DNA from: Patescibacteria group bacterium
GTDB taxonomy: Bacteria > Patescibacteriota > Microgenomatia > UBA1400 > PJMF01
Length of the DNA: 59,743 nt
Direction: 5' to 3'
Assembly: GCA_045541795.1 (NCBI GenBank)
Contig: JAZQJV010000017.1
Span: 1-59,743 of the forward strand
The position numbers and the translations under genes are program-made. The notes beneath the pieces were generated by a model that was not told the DNA's origin, ran no database searches, and saw only the letters and a list, made by a program, of their open reading frames with translations. Shown piece by piece: positions 55,255-59,743 of the stretch (position 1 is its first letter; each line of letters begins with the position of its first letter).

Positions 55255-55950
55255 ATGAGTGTGGAAGGACTAAGTGAATACCGGTATGAGTGGAAAGTGG
55301 AGCTCAATGAGCTAGATTTGGTGATTTTGCGGCAGCGCCTGCCCTTGGTGATGACGCTTGACCCCTACTCCCCCACTCATGACGGCTTGTATTTTATCAG
55401 GAGCTTATATTTTGACACCCCGGAAGATAAGGCCCTTCGTGAAAAGTTAGATGGCGTGAACCGGCGGGAAAAGTTTCGCATCCGCTACTATAATCATGAT
55501 ACCTCTTTTATCCGCCTAGAAAAGAAGTATAAGTGGAATAGCGTGGGTAATAAGGCGATGGCGCCGCTCACGGCCGAGCAAACGCAAAAAATTATTGATG
55601 GCAATCTGGGCTGGATGCTGGATAGCTCCTATCCGCTGATCAATGAGCTTTATCACAAGATGGTGACTCAGGATTTGCGTCCTAAAACAATTGTCGATTA
55701 CACTAGAGAAGCTTATTTATATCGCCCGGGCAATACCAGGATCACTCTTGACTATGATTTGCGCACGGGCGTGATGAGTAAACAGGCTTTGGATCCAGAT
55801 GTGCCCACAGTGCCGGTGCCAGTGCACGCCCAGCTGATGGAGGTGAAATGGGATACTTTTTTGCCGGATGTGATCCGTGATCTGATCCGGCTACCGGGGC
55901 GGCGGGCAGCGCCATTTTCTAAGTACGCTAGTTGCCGTTTTTTTGGATAA
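55255..55950 (+). CDS. VTC-domain (polyphosphate polymerase-like, triphosphate-tunnel) protein
   Basis: YRYEWKV...SLYFDTPE...REKFRIRYY...IRLEKKYK...MEVKWD...PFSKY follows the bacterial VTC-domain pattern. GTGTTATAAT ends 7 nt before the ATG. Confidence 0.85.
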   Translation: MSVEGLSEYRYEWKVELNELDLVILRQRLPLVMTLDPYSPTHDGLYFIRSLYFDTPEDKALREKLDGVNRREKFRIRYYNHDTSFIRLEKKYKWNSVGNKAMAPLTAEQTQKIIDGNLGWMLDSSYPLINELYHKMVTQDLRPKTIVDYTREAYLYRPGNTRITLDYDLRTGVMSKQALDPDVPTVPVPVHAQLMEVKWDTFLPDVIRDLIRLPGRRAAPFSKYASCRFFG

Positions 55951-55980
55951 GTAAAAATGAGGTGAAAATGAAAGGTAAAA

Positions 55981-56649
55981 ATGAATATTAGTGATATTTT
56001 CAAGTCAAGTTTTTTGGAGAATATTGCCGCAGTATCAATGTTTGATATGTGTTTGGCGATGTTGCTGGCTTTTGGCATTGGCGTTTTTATTTTTTGGGTG
56101 TATCGCAAAACGTATCAAGGGGTGATGTATTCAACGAGCTTTGGCGTCACGCTGATTGCGCTTGCACTGATTACCACGCTGATCATTCTAGCAGTGACTT
56201 CTAATGTGGTGCTGTCGCTGGGTATGGTAGGCGCTTTATCCATCGTGCGTTTCCGGGCGGCGATCAAAGAACCGCTGGATATTGCTTTTCTTTTTTGGTC
56301 GATCGCGGTAGGCATCGTGCTGGCGGCGGGGATGATCCCGTTGGCGGTTTTTGGTAGTCTGCTGATCGGCGTGGTGATCATGCTTTTTGCCAATAGACAG
56401 ACCAAAACTAAGCCTTTTATGGCGATTATTGACTGTGACGGTGATGTGGCGGAACAGCAAGCGTTCGCCTTGCTGCAGGGGAAAGCCTCTAAGGTGAATC
56501 TCAAGAGTAAGACGGCACGAAAAGGTAAGCTAGAACTGACTTATGAGTTGCGCCTCAAGGACGGTCAGACGGATTTTATCAATGAACTCTCGGCGCTGGA
56601 CGGCGTGAGCAGTGCCGTATTGGTCAGTTTTAATGGCGAATATATGTAA
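55981..56649 (+). CDS. DUF4956-family membrane protein
   Basis: LGMVGALSIVRFRAAIKEPLDIAFLFWSIAVGIVLAAG is the DUF4956 core motif. It has 4-5 TM helices. Confidence 0.85.
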   Translation: MNISDIFKSSFLENIAAVSMFDMCLAMLLAFGIGVFIFWVYRKTYQGVMYSTSFGVTLIALALITTLIILAVTSNVVLSLGMVGALSIVRFRAAIKEPLDIAFLFWSIAVGIVLAAGMIPLAVFGSLLIGVVIMLFANRQTKTKPFMAIIDCDGDVAEQQAFALLQGKASKVNLKSKTARKGKLELTYELRLKDGQTDFINELSALDGVSSAVLVSFNGEYM

Positions 56650-56656
56650 AGGAGAA

Positions 56657-58423
56657 ATGAACTGGTCGCTGCACAAAAAAACTGATTTAATTTGTTTGGT
56701 CATCACGGCGGTGACGCTGATCGTGACGGTGGTTTTTATGAACAGCGAAAAGCTAGGGTTGACCAAGCTCACTTCTGATGCAAGTGCGGATTATTATGGT
56801 GTTTTTAGTGATCGGGATTACCGCGACAGCTGGAGCGAGGCACTGGCCGTCAGGATAGATTTAAGCGACCTGGATCATTTGGGCAGCAATGGCGGAGCTT
56901 ACGTGCTTGATGGCGATCTTAATATCGTCACTGCGGGGACGTATGTCTTGAGCGGTAGTTTGCAAAATCACCAGGTGATCGTGAATGCGGGTGATGAAAA
57001 AGTGCAGCTGGTTTTTGACGGCGTGGATATCAACCATGATACTTTGAGTCCGGTACTGGTGAGCAGCGCTGACAAGGTTTTTGTCACTCTGGTGGCCGCA
57101 AGTGACAATGTGATCACGGCAGGCAATTTGGCTAGCCCTGAGGCCAGTAGTGCTGGTAGCGACGCGGCGATTTATGCCAGGTCTGATTTGGCTTTTAACG
57201 GTAGCGGTAGTCTCCAGGTGACGGCCAGCGGCGGGCACGGGATCAAAAGTACGGATGATCTAATTATTACCAATGGCAATTACACGGTGCAAGCGGATAA
57301 TACGGCGCTGCTGGGTAAAGATTCGGTGCGGATCGCTGATGGCAATTTCACTCTTTTTGGTAGTGACGGCATTAAGGCCAATAATATCACCAAAGCGACG
57401 AAAGGCTACGTGTCGATTTTTGGCGGCCAGTTTGTACTGGATGTGACTGGTGATGGTATCCAGGCCGAAACGAATATTTATATCAGTGGTGGCAGTATCC
57501 AGATCACAGCTGGTGATGACGGCATTCACGCCGAGCAAGACGTGAATATTGATGACGGCGTTTTGACGGTGAGCAGAAGTAACGAGGGCATTGAGGGCTA
57601 TAATATTTATGTAAATGGCGGCGAGATAGACGTGACCTCTAGCGATGACGGTTTTAATGCCGGCAGTGGACTGAGCGTGGGGCCGGGTTGGCAGCAAACG
57701 AGCGTACAGATTGATCCCAGCGACTTGCCGCGGCTAGAAATTAATGGTGGGCTGATCCGGGTGTATGCTGACGGCGACGGCTTGGATTCTAATGGTCATG
57801 TGATTATCAATGGCGGTGAGGTATTTGTGGATGGGCCGACTAATGCCGGTAATGGCGCGCTTGATTCTGGTAGCGAAAGCGGTGGTGAATTACTAGTACA
57901 TGGCGGCACAGTGCTGGCATTGGGAGCGGCTGGTATGGATGAGAGTTTTGCGGCGACATCTAGCCAGAATTCGTTCCGGGTGACTTTTAGCGAACGGTTT
58001 GCCGCTGGCGACGAACTAGTGATTACCGGTGATGACGGCGAGGAATTAATGCGTTACCAGATCAGCAAAAGCGGCAACTCAGTGGTGTTTTCTTCTCCCC
58101 TACTCCAGCAGGGCCAGACGTATAACGTGCAAGTAGGCAGTCAGACCCAGAGTGTGACTCAAGATAGCGTCAGTGTGGGCGCGGATACGGGCATGAGAGG
58201 ACCGGGCGGCGGGATGCGGCCGGGAGAGATGAATGGTGATATGCAATCTCCGGAAGGGATGATGTCACCTGAAGGTATGGAGGGGATGGCGCCGCCAGAC
58301 GGCATGATGATGCCTCCAGAGATGATGGGTGAGCGCCCGGAAATGATGGACGGCTCGCGCAGTGGCAGAATGCGCCGGGGGATGATGGACATGCCTGCTG
58401 AAAATCAGACAGGAAATCTGTGA
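56657..58423 (+). CDS. Membrane-anchored carbohydrate-binding / beta-helix repeat protein (DUF4353-like) with a Met/Gly/Pro-rich tail
   Basis: AGGAG lies 3 nt before ATG 56657. One TM anchor, then repeated DGI(K/Q/H)A...I.I.GG units. Tail: MRGPGGGMRPGEMNGDMQSPEGMMSPEGMEGMAPPDGMMMPPEMMGERPEMMDG. Confidence 0.75.
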   Translation: MNWSLHKKTDLICLVITAVTLIVTVVFMNSEKLGLTKLTSDASADYYGVFSDRDYRDSWSEALAVRIDLSDLDHLGSNGGAYVLDGDLNIVTAGTYVLSGSLQNHQVIVNAGDEKVQLVFDGVDINHDTLSPVLVSSADKVFVTLVAASDNVITAGNLASPEASSAGSDAAIYARSDLAFNGSGSLQVTASGGHGIKSTDDLIITNGNYTVQADNTALLGKDSVRIADGNFTLFGSDGIKANNITKATKGYVSIFGGQFVLDVTGDGIQAETNIYISGGSIQITAGDDGIHAEQDVNIDDGVLTVSRSNEGIEGYNIYVNGGEIDVTSSDDGFNAGSGLSVGPGWQQTSVQIDPSDLPRLEINGGLIRVYADGDGLDSNGHVIINGGEVFVDGPTNAGNGALDSGSESGGELLVHGGTVLALGAAGMDESFAATSSQNSFRVTFSERFAAGDELVITGDDGEELMRYQISKSGNSVVFSSPLLQQGQTYNVQVGSQTQSVTQDSVSVGADTGMRGPGGGMRPGEMNGDMQSPEGMMSPEGMEGMAPPDGMMMPPEMMGERPEMMDGSRSGRMRRGMMDMPAENQTGNL

Positions 58424-58493
58424 GCAAGTGACGGGAGTCGAACCCGCTTCGCCTCCTTGGAAGGGAGGAATAATACCGGTATACCACACTTGC
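58423..58493 (-). tRNA. tRNA-Gly (anticodon TCC), no encoded CCA
   Basis: Read on the minus strand: acceptor GCAAGTG/CACTTGC, U8, short D arm, anticodon stem CCTCC/GGAGG with loop CTTCCAA, T arm GCGGG TTCGACT CCCGT, discriminator T. Coding-strand TGTGGTATAAT lies about 17 nt upstream (-10 at plus-strand 58510-58515). Confidence 0.8.
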
Positions 58494-58553
58494 TTTTTAA
58501 AGATAGCTAATTATACCACAAAAATTGGGCTTTTGACTGGCAAAAGAGTCAGA

Positions 58554-58585
58554 TTTTAATTATGGCGAATTCGCCATAATTAAAA
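58554..58585. repeat. Perfect 32-bp palindrome between the divergent tRNA-Gly and KilA-N promoters
   Basis: TTTTAATTATGGCGAA|TTCGCCATAATTAAAA, checked base by base. Confidence 0.8.
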
Positions 58586-58659
58586 AACGGTGCTAAAATC
58601 ACATTTTTAGGGCGGCTTTCATGGTATAATGACTTAGTTTAGAAAGTAGAAACAATAAT

Positions 58660-59583
58660 ATGAAAGTCGTCAAGGGATGCTTGCAAGTGCAAAATCTAGA
58701 GATCGGTGTGCGTCGGATAGGCGGAATTGACTATTTATCATTGACTGACATGGTGAAGGAAAAAGACGGCGATTTTTTTGTGTCAGATTGGCTGCGTAAC
58801 CGCGGGACGTTGGAGTTTTTGGGGATCTGGGAGTCGATCAATAATCCAGATTTTGATTTTGATGAATACGAAGCGATCCGGCAGCACTCTGGGCTTAATA
58901 ATTTCCGGATTTCGGCTGGCCAGTGGCAGAAGCGGACGCGGGCGATTGGAATTTTTGCGGTGGCAGGCAGGTATGGCGGCACTTTCGCGCAAAAAGACAT
59001 TGCTTTTGAATTTGGGATGTGGATCAATCCGGCTTTCAAGTTATATTTGATCAAAGAATATGAACGTCTGCAGGCGATTGAAAGCAATGAGTATAATCTG
59101 GAGTGGAAAGTCCGGCGGATCGTGTCTAAGGCAAATTATGCGATCCAGACGAGTGCCGTGCGGACTCATTTGGTGGAGCCGGATGCTTTGCCGAGTGAAG
59201 AAGCGATCGCTTATGCTGACGAGGCGGACTTGGTGAATTTGGCGGTTTTTGGAATGACGGCCACCAAGTGGCGGCGGCTTTTCCCGGATGCGGCGGCGCA
59301 GGGCGATAATATCCGCGATAGCGCGAGCATTAATGAGTTGATTGTGCTTTCTAATTTGGAAAGTGAGAATGCGATTTTGATCAAAACGGGGCAAGACAAA
59401 GATGTCCGTTTCCGGAAATTGAAAAAAATTGCTAAGGATCAGCTGCGAGCACTGGCCAAAAATGGTCGGATGCACCGCATGAAACGGAAAAATGAGCGGA
59501 CGTTTTTTGATAAAGGTGAGCCGGACCGGATCAATAAGCAACAGGAATTGCGCAATTTTTTCTTGGGGAAACTGAGGAAATAG
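58660..59583 (+). CDS. KilA-N domain-containing protein
   Basis: IRRIGGIDYLSLTDM...SDWLRNRGTLEFLGIWE...GRYGGTFAQKDIAFEFGMWINPAFKLYLIKEYERL matches the KilA-N DNA-binding family pattern. TGGTATAAT (58622-58630) lies upstream. Confidence 0.8.
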   Translation: MKVVKGCLQVQNLEIGVRRIGGIDYLSLTDMVKEKDGDFFVSDWLRNRGTLEFLGIWESINNPDFDFDEYEAIRQHSGLNNFRISAGQWQKRTRAIGIFAVAGRYGGTFAQKDIAFEFGMWINPAFKLYLIKEYERLQAIESNEYNLEWKVRRIVSKANYAIQTSAVRTHLVEPDALPSEEAIAYADEADLVNLAVFGMTATKWRRLFPDAAAQGDNIRDSASINELIVLSNLESENAILIKTGQDKDVRFRKLKKIAKDQLRALAKNGRMHRMKRKNERTFFDKGEPDRINKQQELRNFFLGKLRK

Positions 59584-59643
59584 CCGTGACGGCGATGCGC
59601 GTGGCAGCGGTAAGATGGGCGAGATGGTGCCATTTGTAATTAG

Positions 59644-59743
59644 GTACGTAAATTGGTGGGGAATGGGGGGCGGTGTGGCGTGATTTTGGCGCGCGCGCCA
59701 AAATCACGCCACACCGCCCCCCATTCCCCACCAATTTACGTAC
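59644..59743. repeat. Perfect 100-nt palindrome (50 + 50, no loop) ending exactly at the window end
   Basis: 59644-59693 is the exact reverse complement of 59694-59743, verified in 10-nt blocks. The centre is GCGCGCGC. Confidence 0.9.

Noticed and set aside
1-59743. CRISPR arrays, rRNA genes, integrases, phage structural genes, reverse transcriptase/DGR components
   Set aside because: No regularly spaced 25-40-nt repeats with unique spacers were seen. None of the translated ORFs shows the hallmark motifs of these classes.

Overview
This 59.7 kb window looks like a small-genome, Gram-positive-type bacterium. Gene content, many giant or secreted proteins and a TGnTATAAT promoter style with many leaderless genes fit a Patescibacteria/CPR (Saccharibacteria-like) organism, but that is inference only.

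GC-rich flanks carry housekeeping genes: pheS, an FNR-like oxidoreductase, tRNA-Val, a 1454-aa surface protein, DHH and HIT proteins, rpmE, prfA, a YibE/F protein, an IspD/TarI-like protein, a J-protein behind two CIRCE-like operators, a LytR_C protein, a HAD hydrolase, YraN, rplS, pyrG, tRNA-Asp and TspO. On the right are GT8, a VTC/DUF4956/carbohydrate-binding trio, tRNA-Gly and a KilA-N protein.

Between about 25.8 and 49.4 kb, and again at 51.5-54.25 kb, the sequence turns strongly AT-rich. Hand counts give 17/60 G+C at 26041-26100 and 11/60 at 44281-44340, against 38/60 at 10021-10080. This accessory block has two parts.

(a) A defence-type island:
- a KAP/YobI-like transmembrane P-loop NTPase
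- two inverted IS1595-family copies plus a third solo terminal repeat
- a C5-methyltransferase / HNH endonuclease / C-protein restriction-modification unit
- an orphan pair (membrane coiled-coil protein plus a PD-ExK-like protein)
- a 600-aa protein with a C-terminal HEPN-type RNxxxH motif

(b) A surface-glycan cluster:
- a split WbdD-like methyltransferase plus kinase-like coiled-coil pair
- GT2 and GT4 enzymes
- two GtrB-like GT2 enzymes, a GtrA protein, and 722-aa and 1136-aa GT-C/YfhO-like membrane proteins
- a helicase IV-like SF1 helicase carrying a nuclease-like insert and Zn ribbons

Other signals:
- 21-bp-phased TGCCACAC iterons at the left end
- phased AACAAATG repeats upstream of the giant adhesin gene
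- an orphan strong promoter with a structured leader and a 24-aa Cys-containing uORF coupled by TGATG to an unknown gene
- four A/T-homopolymer frameshifts, all inside the island
- a perfect 100-nt palindrome at the right contig end

All family calls rest on motif recognition by eye; no searches were run.
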